Below, in pieces: positions 35,447-47,319 of a DNA stretch of 64,000 bases. Below the pieces are notes generated by a model. The model was not told the DNA's origin, did not search any database, and saw nothing but the letters and a program-made list of their open reading frames with translations. Origin of the DNA: Azolla caroliniana. Its lineage: Eukaryota; Plantae; Polypodiophyta. Position 1 is the stretch's first letter, and the number at the start of each line of letters is the position of its first letter. The translations under genes and the position numbers were made by a program. The stretch is from positions 12,400,001 through 12,464,000 of the forward strand of contig JBHGNT010000017.1 of NCBI GenBank assembly GCA_043228905.1, read 5' to 3'.

Positions 35447-38400
35447 TGTAAACGATTACTTGCGGAAGCGTTAGAAAATCGAGAAAGCAGAGAATACACA
35501 GAGTACACGGGAGAGACAGAGAGAGCAGAACGTAAAAGCTATATTCAAAAATGATATAAACACTCTGTCAATACAACTGTGCTTAGTAGCACTATTTATA
35601 CAAGTCCTCGTGGGACTGACAAAAGTACCACGTACTTCAATGCTCACACGAGCATCTGACACTTACTACAAGACTATAACTGCCAGATCGGTAAGCCGGT
35701 GAGCAACTTGAGGTTGGATCCTAGTGTCAGCCTCTATAGCAGTCGGTTCTTCCAACCGACTTCTCCTGGCGTCGTTCCACCTTGCTCGCGCTCCTCGTCC
35801 GCTCCGGTTTTGTTTGCCGCAACCCCTCTTGTTCTGCACACCTCGACCTCCTCCGTCGACTTGTCTGCTCAACAGGCCAAATTCAGCTCCCTTGTTGTTG
35901 TGACTTTGGCGCGTTCCGGTTCGCCGATCCCTTCGTGTTGGCGTCGACTTTCATTGCCTTCTCGTCCTCTTGGCCTTGAATTGATCCGGTTCTTCCGAAT
36001 CTGTCTATTGAACCGAATCAACTGTCTCTGATTCGTTCCAGCTCTTGTCCGAATCGGTTGCTCCCGATTCTTCTTCTGGTTCCAGGCCCTTCACCACATC
36101 GAACCATGTCGGGGTCTTGGCCTTCTTCCTTCTTGACTCTACCACCGTTGCCACTTGTTCCGACTTGTTTAGACGTGTCGACTTCCCTTGTCAACTCGGC
36201 TCCTTTCTTCTTCTTGACTCTCCTTCGTCGGTTCTTCCCTCACCGGCACAATCGGCAGTCTCTTTGCCTTTGCCCGTTCCGATGTCTTTGCCCGTGTCTT
36301 TGCCTGTTCTCCCCCTCAAGTGTGGCACGTCGAGATGCTGAACACCAAGCATTTCGGGGAAACGCTGCAACTTGTCAAATCCGAGCAATTTGGTGAAGAT
36401 GTCGGCAACTTGCCGATCCGTGTGAACATATTGAAGTTCGACCTCACCGCTCAGGACACGCTCACGCACGATGTGATAGTGCACTTCTATGTGCTTTGTG
36501 CGAGCATGGAATACGGGGTTCTTGGCAAGTTGCATGCTGCTTATGTTGTCCCAGTAGACCAGAATCGGGGTCGGTACCTCGATCCGTAGGTCTTGCAGCA
36601 GTAGCCGAAGCCAAATGGCTTCACAGGTGGCAATGGTAGCGCCCCGATACTCAGCCTCAGTGCTCGACAGAGCAATTGTTGGTTGCTTTTTGCTGGTCCA
36701 CGCAATAGCCGCACTACCTAGAGAAAACATGTAACCAGAGGTTGATCGGCGATCTAATGCATCGCCGGCCCAGTCGGCATCTGTGTAACCGACCAACTCT
36801 TCGGGTATACCGCACCGGTATAATAGGCCCCGGTCCTTCGTGCCGCATACATATCGCAATATCCGTTGTGCGCACTAAAGGTGCTCCATGGTCGGCTTCT
36901 GCATGAACTGACTTATCATTCCGACCGGATAGCTAATGTCGGGTCACATGATAGTCAAGTAAATAAGGCTTCCGACAATTTGTCGGAACCGTTGCTCATT
37001 GCAGGCCGGTCCGGAGTTGGGACGAAGCTTCTGGTTCCGGTCCAAGGGTGTGGAGACAGTTCGGCATTCTGTCATGCCGAACTTGTACAACATATTCAAG
37101 ACATAATGTCGTTGTGAGAGCAATATACCGTCGAGGGTTCGGATCACCTCGATCCCAAGAAAATAATGAAGGTCCCCCAGGTCCTTCATCTCAAATGCAT
37201 CCGACAACCGGGACTTGACGCGGTTGACTTCTGGAAGACCTGGTCCGGTGATCACTAAATCATCAACATACAACAGGATACATACCGGGCCGGCGGAGCC
37301 TTGCCGGATGAACAACGAAGAGTCGGACTTGGAGGCCGCAAACCCCCAGGTCCTTCATCTCAAATGCAATCTGACAACCGGGACTTGACGCGGTTGACTT
37401 CTGGAAGACCTGGTCCGGTGATGACTAAATCATCAACATACAACAGGATACATACCGGACCGGCGGAGCCTTGCCGGATGAACAACGAAGAGTCAGACTT
37501 GGAGGCCGCAAACCCCATCTTACGCAACCGATGCGTGATCTTCGCATTCCAAGCTCGAGGGGCTTTCTTCAGGCCGTACAACGACTTCTTCAGCCGGCAT
37601 ACCGCCGACTTGTTCATCTCGGATTGAAAATCGGGGGTTGAGTCATAAAGATTTCTTCTTCAAGATCACCCTGAAGAAACGCATTCTTCACATCCATCTG
37701 GTGAAGATGCCACCCCCTTGCTACAGCAACCTCCAGCACCACATGAACCGTCGTCATCTTCGCTACCGGAGCGAAGGTCTCGTCGTAGTCGATTCCGTGG
37801 GTCTGCGCGTATCCCTTCGCCACTAACCGGGCCTTGTACCGGTTAACTGAACCGTCGGCGTTGTACTTTACCTTGTACACCCACTTGCGTCCGATCGTCT
37901 TACAGTGACGGGGAGGGTCAACTAGGTCCCATGTCTCGTTGACATCAAGTCCCCGCATTTCTTCCTCCATAGCAGCACGCCAATTGGCGTCCTTTGCCGC
38001 TTCTGCGTAGCTCTCCGGCTCACGCATTTCCGCCACCTTAGTCATGTACGCATAGTGATGCACCATGTACTCATTGTACCCGTACCGCTTGATGGGATCC
38101 TTCTGGCGGGTGGACTGGCGTAACTCACCGTTACCCAGTTTGAGGCCCTTCTTGGCCGGTTCGGTCTTCGTTGCCGAAGATCCGCCTTTCTCCTTGCTAG
38201 AGTCGGATGCACACCGATCCGACTCATCGTTGCCGGTTTCGAATTCCGGCATCTTCTTCTTCCCCTTCTCTTTGCGCGTTAACTGTCTCCTCGGTTCCTT
38301 GCGCGGGGAGTGCACAGCGGAGTCTCCACTACTCGCCGGTTCCTGATCGGACTGGTCAGATTGACTCGGTCTCTCGTTCGGCCCGCTCAACCGGAATGAT

Positions 38401-41207
38401 TCCGAACTCTCATCCTGAGTCCACGTTTCATCATCCTCTACCTGGGCCGGTTCAGGCTCACTAGCCTCATCCACCGGCATCGGGTGGCAATCGGAAGTCG
38501 GAGTCGGTAAGGAATACCATGATGCCGATTCATCGAACTCGACATCTCAACTAACTCTGACCTGCTTTGTCCGGGGGTTATAACACTTATAACCCTTTTG
38601 CTCTTGAGCATAGCTGACTAGGATGCAATTTTCTGATTTTGCATCCAGCTTCGTCCGCTTTTCATCCGGTACATGCACATATTCAATGCTACCGAAGATC
38701 TTAAGGTGTCTCAAATTTGGCTTGCGTCTGAAATACAGCTCATGAGTTGACACCTTGTCACCGATCCGGTTTTGGATGTAGACAGCCGTTCGGATTGCCT
38801 CCACCCATTAGAATTTGGGCATGCTCTTCTCCTCCAGCATTGCCCTTGCTGCATCAATAAGCGATTGGTTCTTCCTTTCGGCAACACCGTTCTGTTGCAA
38901 TGTGTATCTGCAGCTGAACTCTCGCCGAATTCCCTTTTGCTGCAGATAACTGTTGAATTGGTCAGAAAAGTATTCTTTTCCGCCATTCGATCACAGGCAT
39001 TTGATCTTCCTCTTCGATTCCCGTTCCATGTGTGCCGCGTACAGTCGTCGATGAAGGAGACGAAATATCGACTCCCACCGAGATTAACATTCTGTGCCGG
39101 TTCCCACACATAAGAATGGATAAGGTCAAGCTTATTACGGCTCCGGTTACGTTCAGTAGGGAATGGAAGCCGATGTTGCTTCCCGAGTTGGCAGGCTTCA
39201 CATACTTGGGCCTTCCGACCACTGAACTTCGGCAAACCGAAAACAACTTGTTTCGTTTGCAGGTCTGGAAGCCTCCGGTAATTGACATGGCCTATCCGCT
39301 TGTGCCACAGGTCGATATCCGATTCGACCTTTTGTCTGTTTGCAAACAGAGCAGTGTTGACGTCATTAGTATCGAGGAAAAACATCCTCCTGTCTCTACG
39401 CCCTTGCGCAATAATCTGGCCCTCTTCCTTGATGAAGCACCCAAGGTGCGTAAACCGCACCTGCATCCCCTGGTTGACGATTTGTCTGACCGACACCAAG
39501 TTCTTCGTGATTGTCGGAACGTGTAATACGTTCATTAGCTTCCCCTTCTGTCCGATGTGGCTCAAAGGGACTTCTCCGACATGCACGATTGGGTGAGGAG
39601 TGTCGTCTCCGGTTTCGACTACTCTTGATTGATCCGGTTTCTCCAAGAAGGAGAACCACTCTTTGTGGCTTGTCATGTGGTTCAACGCATTAGAGATCAA
39701 CATACCACACTTCCTCCGATTTGGAAGTGGTCTTCTTCATCGAGTTCGCCTCATGCTTCATGACAAAGGTTGGCCCGTTACCGTTCTTGGATCCTCCCGA
39801 TCCCTTCGTGTAGTGCGACCTTTCCCGGCCATCCTTGCCAGCCTTGCCAGATCCGGATTTGTCCGAATCGGCGTGTTTTCTCCAGCACTCGCTTTCTCTA
39901 TGGCCCTTTTTGCCACAGTACCAGCATTCCGTTGTCGTTTTCTCTTGGCGTCTTCCAGTGGCGCCATGACTCCCTTTGCTCCCGGAGGGTTCGGAACTGT
40001 TGTCGGCACGTTCTCTGTGCCTTTGTTCCTGGTCTTGCCGGCCGCCTCCATTGCGTGCCGACCCGCCTCTTCCACCACGCCCACGGGACCGATCCGCTTC
40101 CGTGTACAGCATCTGGCTGCCAATGGGTGCGCTAGTTGACACACCAGCGTGGTTCTCCTCTACAAGGAGCATCAACTGTAAGTCGAAAAATGACGGCGTA
40201 TTCTCCCTTGTACATACCGCCATTCGGAACGCTCTGAACTTAGACACCAGGCCCCCAAGATAGAACTGTACCATCTTGTCTTCCTCTACGGTAACATTGA
40301 TAGAGGCAAGGGAGTCACAGATCTCTTTGATCTGGGCCGTGTAATCCGCCACCGACATGTCCTTCTATCGGACATTGCTCAACTCCTGTCGGAGTTGCAG
40401 CTTCCGAGCTATAGTGCTCGCGGCGAAAACCTTCTTCAGGTTTCCCCAAGCCTCCTTCGGCGTTTTGGCGTCTCGGATGTGGCTCAGCAGCTGGTCTTCG
40501 ACACTGGACGCAAAGTAGTACATCACTCTGCTTGCCGATTGTTCCCACATTGGGAAATCCGTATGTGTCGCATATGGTGATGTTTCGTTGGCTCCTTCGA
40601 TGAAACTCCAGTAGCCATGCCCAAGCAGGTACTGGTGCATCTTGTATGACCAAGATGCGTAGTTGGATCTGTCGAGTTTCTCCACAGGGAGCGAGCTAGC
40701 CATTCCTCTATCCATCACTTCTCTGTCTGATGTTCTTACGACCTGTTAGGGTTTGCTTTCAAGCGTTTGTCGGCTAGAGAGGTTCTCAACCCTCGCGCTC
40801 TGATACCATGTAAACGATTACTTGCAGAAGCATTAGAAAACAAAGAAATCAGTGAATACACAGAGTACATGGGAGAGACAGAGAGAGCAGAACGTAAAAG
40901 CTATATTCAAAACCGATATAAACACTCTATCAATACAACTGTGCTCAGTAGCACTATTTATTCAAGTCCTCGTGGGACTGACAAAAGTACCGCGTACTTC
41001 AATGCTCACACAAGCATCTGACACTTACTACAAGACTCTAACTACCTAGTACTCTAAACTAATACTAGGCTTCTGGTTACCGATTGGATCCGGCTAAATG
41101 GCTTTGTTGCTTGCCGGCTCGGTTGCTCACCGGCTTACCGATCCGTCTCGCTTGCCAGCTTCGGCTTATCCAGCTGATCCGGCTCTAGTTGAGCTTGCCG
41201 CTCAACA
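35447..41207 (-). mobile_element. Ty1/Copia retrotransposon (degenerate)
   Basis: 5' LTR 40809-41207. PBS-Met (TGGTATCAGAGCG on minus, 40796-40808). 3' LTR partly matches at 35447-~35680. Imperfect TSD CTTAT/CATAT. Confidence 0.92.
36191..40718 (-). pseudogene. Copia gag-pol (gag, zinc knuckle, PR, IN, RT, RNase H) with frameshifts and a ~169-bp internal tandem duplication
   Basis: [49 protein letters not shown] (twice), [22 protein letters not shown]. Confidence 0.92.
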
Positions 41208-41504
41208 CATATAAATGTTTGTATATAATACAATTAGGAATTCTCCTACTATATGCACCAGTACTGTCTTGAAATGTGAAACTGAACTGATTGGCCATTG
41301 AGTTCTCCCCTCCTAGATTAACTAGTACTGATTATGGTAATAACTGTGTTAAGTAAGCTTAATTTACAACCTAGTACTGTCCTCCCAGGTGCACAAGTAT
41401 TAATTAAGGTTCATGCCTTGTAATGTATCCTTATTTTACACCTCTCAAACCTTAACCCTAGAAGGAAAAGAAGAAGGAGAAAGAGAATAGGAGAATAGGA
41501 GGCT

Positions 41505-42066
41505 ATTCGTCCATTTCCCGTGTTGTTTGCTCTAATACCAAGTTGTTGAGAATAGCTCAGCCACAACTGAGTAATGAATTACTTTAATGAGAATCAAACA
41601 CAGAAATGGGAAGTGCAGAGTACACAAAGGAAATACACAGGATGTTTACGTGGAAAACCCAAATAGGGAAAAAAAGTTCATGGGAGCCCACAGACTCCAA
41701 CTATTACTATAGGAGGAAGGTACAATCAGAGCCTCAGAGGCAATGACCTCGAGCTATGTATCCTCACCACCTGGCGGTTACAACAGAGTATCTCTCTATA
41801 TCTCGCTCTCTCTCTTTCTCTATGCTACAATATGACAACAACAACAACTAGTTTAAAGTGATTGCCCTAAGTCATATTTATACTTATATGAACTTAGGGC
41901 TATTTACAAATATAGCCTCAATAGGCTTACTCAAAACATATTTACAAATATGTCTTCTCTTCCGATTCTGAACGGCTCTCTTCCGGTTCTCACTAGGTCT
42001 CCTCCGGTTTCCGAATCTCTTCCGGTTCTCACCGGGTCCTCTTTATTCATCATCGGATCCCATCCG
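41505..42066 (-). repeat. Inverted copy of the LTR, PBS and gag start of the adjacent Copia
   Basis: 41543-42066 is the reverse complement of LTR 57775-58325. The minus strand continues TGGTATTAGAGCAAACAACACGGGAAATGGACGAAT, mirroring 42095-42131. Confidence 0.8.
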
Positions 42067-45000
42067 GGCAATATTCCGCGCTATTTCCTTCAAACTGATA
42101 TTAGAGCGAACAACACAGGAAATGGAAGAATTGTTCGACAGCATGTTCAAGCTCACCGGCTCCAACTACTCAGTGTGGAAGTCTAAGATGAGGGATATGT
42201 TGATGGTTATAGATCTTTGGTTGCCGGTTCAGTTCGGGGACAAGAGACCAGATGTGATCGACGCCACATTGTGCGAGGTGATGCACATGAAGACGACGGC
42301 ATACATCCGGTGCTTCATCGACATGAGCTTGTACAACAACTTCAATGAAGAGAGCAAGGCTCATGAACTCTGGGAGAAGATCGACATCATGTTCGAGAAA
42401 AAGAATGCTATCAATTGGGTTTCGATATTCCGGAAGCTAGTGAGGCTCCTGTACTAGGACGACTCCAGTATGGTGGAGCACATGAATGCCTTCCAGGGAC
42501 TGATCCACCAGGCAACCTCGTTGGAAGTACCTCTTGCACATAAGGTACTCGCATTGCACCTGCTTGGTTCCCTCCCGAATAGCTGGGAGACGTTAGTTGT
42601 CACGTTCGGCAACGCCGGGCAGGAAGGAAAACAATTGTCCCTAGCAAGGGTAAAATCAAGCTTGCTAGATGAAGAAGTTCGCCGGAAGGACCAGGAGTCC
42701 GGAACAGATCCGAAGGCCTTGGTCACGGAAGATGACCACAATCGGGGAAGAGGCCGGTATCGGAGTCCCCAAAACCGGGACAAGTCGGGGACGAGATCGA
42801 AGTCACGGGGGAGGCCCAGTCGCTTCTACTGTGGGAAGTAGGGGCACTTCCAGAAGAACTATTGGCATTTCCGGAAAGAGAAAGAAACCGACATCACCGA
42901 TTCGAAGAAGAGTTCAGACCGAAATGGTTCGGACTGGACAGGCCCGGATCGGAAGGGAATGTCGACAATCGCGACAAGTGAAGAAGAACTGATGCTCATT
43001 GCCGAAGAGAATTAGTTAAACCTTGTCGGTGATGAGACAACGTGGGTTGTCGATTCCGGAGAGTCGTTCCACCTGACACCGGATCGGAAATGCTTCTCAT
43101 CCTACTCAGCCGGTGATCATGGTTGTGTCTGGATGGGGAATGAAGGTACATGCCGAATTATCGGCATAGGAGATGTGTTGTTGACGACATCAACCGAATG
43201 CAAATTGTTGTTGAAGGATGTCCGACACATTCCGGAGGTTCGACTGAACCTGATATCAGCCAATCGGCTAGATGATGAAGGCTATACATGTAGCATCTGG
43301 AACGGAGTCATGAAGTTCAACAAGGGAAGCTTGATAGTGGCTCGAGCCCGGAAGGTCAACACATTGTACTTGATAAATGCCCGGATATGCCGGGATGAAG
43401 TGAACATAGCATCTGACACTCTCAATGAGCTGTGGCACAAAAGACTGTGTCACATGAGTGAGAAGGGGATGAAAAATCTTGCCGAAGACAACCTCATTCC
43501 AGTGAAGGACGTGCAACTTGAGAAGTACACCGATTTCTTGGCCGACAAGCGAAACCAAACCTCCTTCTGGTGAAGACCACCGATGAGACGGAATGCACCA
43601 TTGGAGTTGGTGCATACCGATCTGTGTCAAGTGGACACGAAGTCACATGCTGGATCACAGTACCTCGTGATGTTGATAGATGACCACAGCCGGAAGCTGT
43701 GGGTCTCACCGTTGAAGATGAAGGATCAAGTACTATCCATCTTCAAGGAACTCCACGCGAGAGTGGAAAGAGAAACCGGCTGGAAGTTGAAGGCGGTTCA
43801 AGTAGATAATGGAGGAGAATACCGGGGGCAGTTCAAAGAGCACTGTCGGTCGAAGGGAATCCGGCTCGAATTAACCGTGCCAAAGATGCCGGAACAAAAT
43901 GGGTTGGCCGAAAGGATGAACCAGACCATAATGGAGACAGTCTTGAGCATGCTCGCACATGCCAAGTTACCCAAGATGTTTTGGACTGAGGCGTTGACGA
44001 TGACGACCTACGTGATAAATAGATCACCCTCAGTACCCTTGGGAGGATACTCACCTCAGAAAGAATGGACCGGAAAAAATGTATCTTACTGGCATCTGAA
44101 AGTGTTCGGGTGTCTCACATACGTGCATGTGGCGAAGGACAAGACAGCAAAGCTGGATCCGAAGTCCCGGCCATGCATATTCCATGGATACAACGATGAT
44201 GAGTTCGGTTACCGGGTGTGGGATCTGGTTGACAAGAAGGTGTTCCGGAGTCGGGACATAGTCTTCATGGAAGATAAGACCATTGCCGACTGGGAGTTGG
44301 AGAAGAAGATGATGAACTCTAGATCATCCAATGAAAACTGGCTTTAGGACAGAAGAATATACCTGGTTAAAGACCGGATGTTAGCCGGTAACCGAATGAC
44401 ACTCGACGAACCGGCCGGATACGAACAAGAAACCAAACTGACCGAAGAAGAAGAAGACACCGGAACCGGCAGTCAGAAACCAAGGACAAAGATATCCTCT
44501 CCGAGAGAGAAGAACCCCCCGAAGATTTCCGGATGCAGAGCACGTGTTGCTAACCGATGAGGGAGAGCCGGAAAGCTTCGGAGAAGCAAAGAGAGGCACC
44601 CATAACCGCAAGTGGTTGAGTGCCATGCAAGATGGGATGGATTCCCTGCATGAGAACCACACGTATGAATTGGCGGAGTTGCTGAAAGGAAAGAGGGCAC
44701 TCCAGAACAAGTGGGTGTACAAGCTGAAATCGGGAGATGCTGAAAATCCATTGAGATACAAAACCCGGATCGTGGTGAAGGGGTTCCTACAGAAGAAAGG
44801 AGTAGATTTCGATGAGATCTTTGCCCCGGTAGTAAAGATGACATCCATCTGGACAGTATTGGGCATAGCGGCAAGCATGGACCTCGAGGTAGAGCAATTG
44901 GACGTCAAGATGGCATTCCTACATGGCAAACTCGAAGAAGAGATCTACATGCATTAGCCGAAAGGATTTGAGAGGAAAGGGAAGGAGCACCTAGTGTGTC

Positions 45001-47319
45001 GGCTGAGGAAGAGCCTATACGGACTGAAGCCAACCCCCCGGCAATGGTACCGAAAGTTCGACTCCTTCATGATCGACCAAGGGTGCCACAAGACGCAAGC
45101 CGATCACTGCGTGTTTGTGAAGAAATTTGACGGAGGAGATTTCCTGATACTCCTATATGTGGATGATATGCTAATCGTCGAACGAGACCAAGTCAAGATT
45201 CAGATGCTGAAGAAGGCTTTGAACCGGATCTTCTCAATGAAAGACTTGGGGCTAGCAAGATAGATATTGGGAATGCACATCATCTGGGACCGGTTGAGGA
45301 AGATATTGTGGTTGACACAAGAGAAGTATGTGACAAAGGTGCTTCAACGGTTCAACATGTCGGAGGCGAAACCGGTTGGATCAACACTTTCCGATAAACT
45401 GCAAGCTATCTGGAAAACAAAGCCCGAGGACAAAGGCGGAGAAGACGGATATGATGAAGATACCATATGCCTCTACCGTCGAGAGCTTGATGTACGCAAT
45501 GGTATGAACACGTTCGTGTTCACAAGTGGAAGGATCGCGCATAAATGGAAGGATAAGGAAAATTTTGGTTGATTTTAGGGCTTTTTCAATGATTTTATAA
45601 AACACATTGATACCAGTATCATACATGTTTAAACAGACTATGAAAAAGGTTAAAAATCCACTATTTTCGTGATTTATAAGTAACTAAAAAAAGAGGAATT
45701 TCAAAAAGTTTAATTCTCAATTTATATCACAAACTTTACAACCACTGTTATTTTATAAGAAACGATTTTTTAGAAATCATAAGAATTCAAAACACATGCT
45801 TTTATCTTACTTGATTTGTTACAAGCGGAATGTAGTTACACTTAATAGCCAAAAATAGATTCATGATCACTCCTTTACGGAGATTCACTACTATAACTAA
45901 TATACAATGACGATTCCTCCTCGTCATCCTCGGATGTACCAATCAGTGCATTATCTTCGTCATAAACCAAATGGTTTGACTCTAGATTATATGTAGCAGA
46001 TCTCGTTTGCCTTTGACTCGAGCCACCTTGTAGACTTGGTAATTTTTCTTTTATTATATCTATTGTTGACTTCCTTAATCGTCCAGCTTTTGTAAGCGTG
46101 AAGTCATACACGATGATATTCACATCAGAGATATCAAGGGTCGAGGTGTTACGAATGGTTTGCTTCCTCTTCCTATCTCCCCTTCTTGTTGGGCATTCAA
46201 TCATCTCCAATGTATACTTACCTGTAAAAGCATTTGCACTTCTAGTGATGTACCAATGAACGTTTATAGACTTGATCATGTTTTCTATTTCATGCATTAG
46301 CACTTCTAGAATTTTACCGACCCAAAATTGGTGGCCATGTGAGATATCATCAATCGGCGTTGCAATCAACATCCCCGCCATGAGCTCTTGCAAATTGCCT
46401 TGCCATCTAGCTTCAACTGTTTTGGTCATTCTTGGTCCCACATAAATGTCTCTTTGTTGTGGATGGACCAAACTATCATTAATCGCATTTGCTGGTTGCT
46501 CCAGAGTTTTATTTACACCATCATGTTGCAGCGACCATGTGAATGGCGTTTCCAAATTCCAATTATCACCGAATACACAATTGTCTATAATTCCATTCTT
46601 ATCACTATAAAATACATCCCACCATGACGTGTCTTGTTGTGCGGCATATTTCTTGGCGGCCTCAATATGCTTTCTTTTTTCTTCTAAGGCTTGGAGCCAT
46701 AACCGTTTTTGTTTCGATACCAAGTCACTATGCAACTGTCCTTTCTTCTCAATTGGCATTTGCTTAGCTCCATGGACAATTGTACTCAACATACAAAGTA
46801 ATGAATGGCAACCACCTTTAGGTTCCCATGTTGTAGAAGATGAATATTGTTTAGCATACAAAAGCGTAGAACCACTTATTTCATTTTTCTTTATCATAAA
46901 AATGTGATTGAAGCTTATATTGTTTAACTGGGCAAGCACTTTAACATTCCCAACACCCCCATCTGATATATATCTCTTAAAGTCATATACCTCCTTCAAG
47001 TTTAACACTTTTGGGCGTGGTGTATATGCATCACACATGACATCAAATAGTTTAGGTAATGTGAAAGCATCATGCCGAGACAACTGTCTGGAGAATGTGC
47101 TAAACATCTGATCTATATGATCATGTGTGTGGCCAACCAAAAGAAAATTGACTTTCACTTTTCTAAACAATCCTTGGTTGACCAACATACTTAGATAGCC
47201 AAACACAGTTGAATTTTTGTTCTCTCTAGCAGTATTGTCCAATTGAATATATAGAACAGGGGGGAAAGATTGGCCCCAAGACATCAAAACTCGGTGAATC
47301 ATTGTAACTGTTAGATTAG

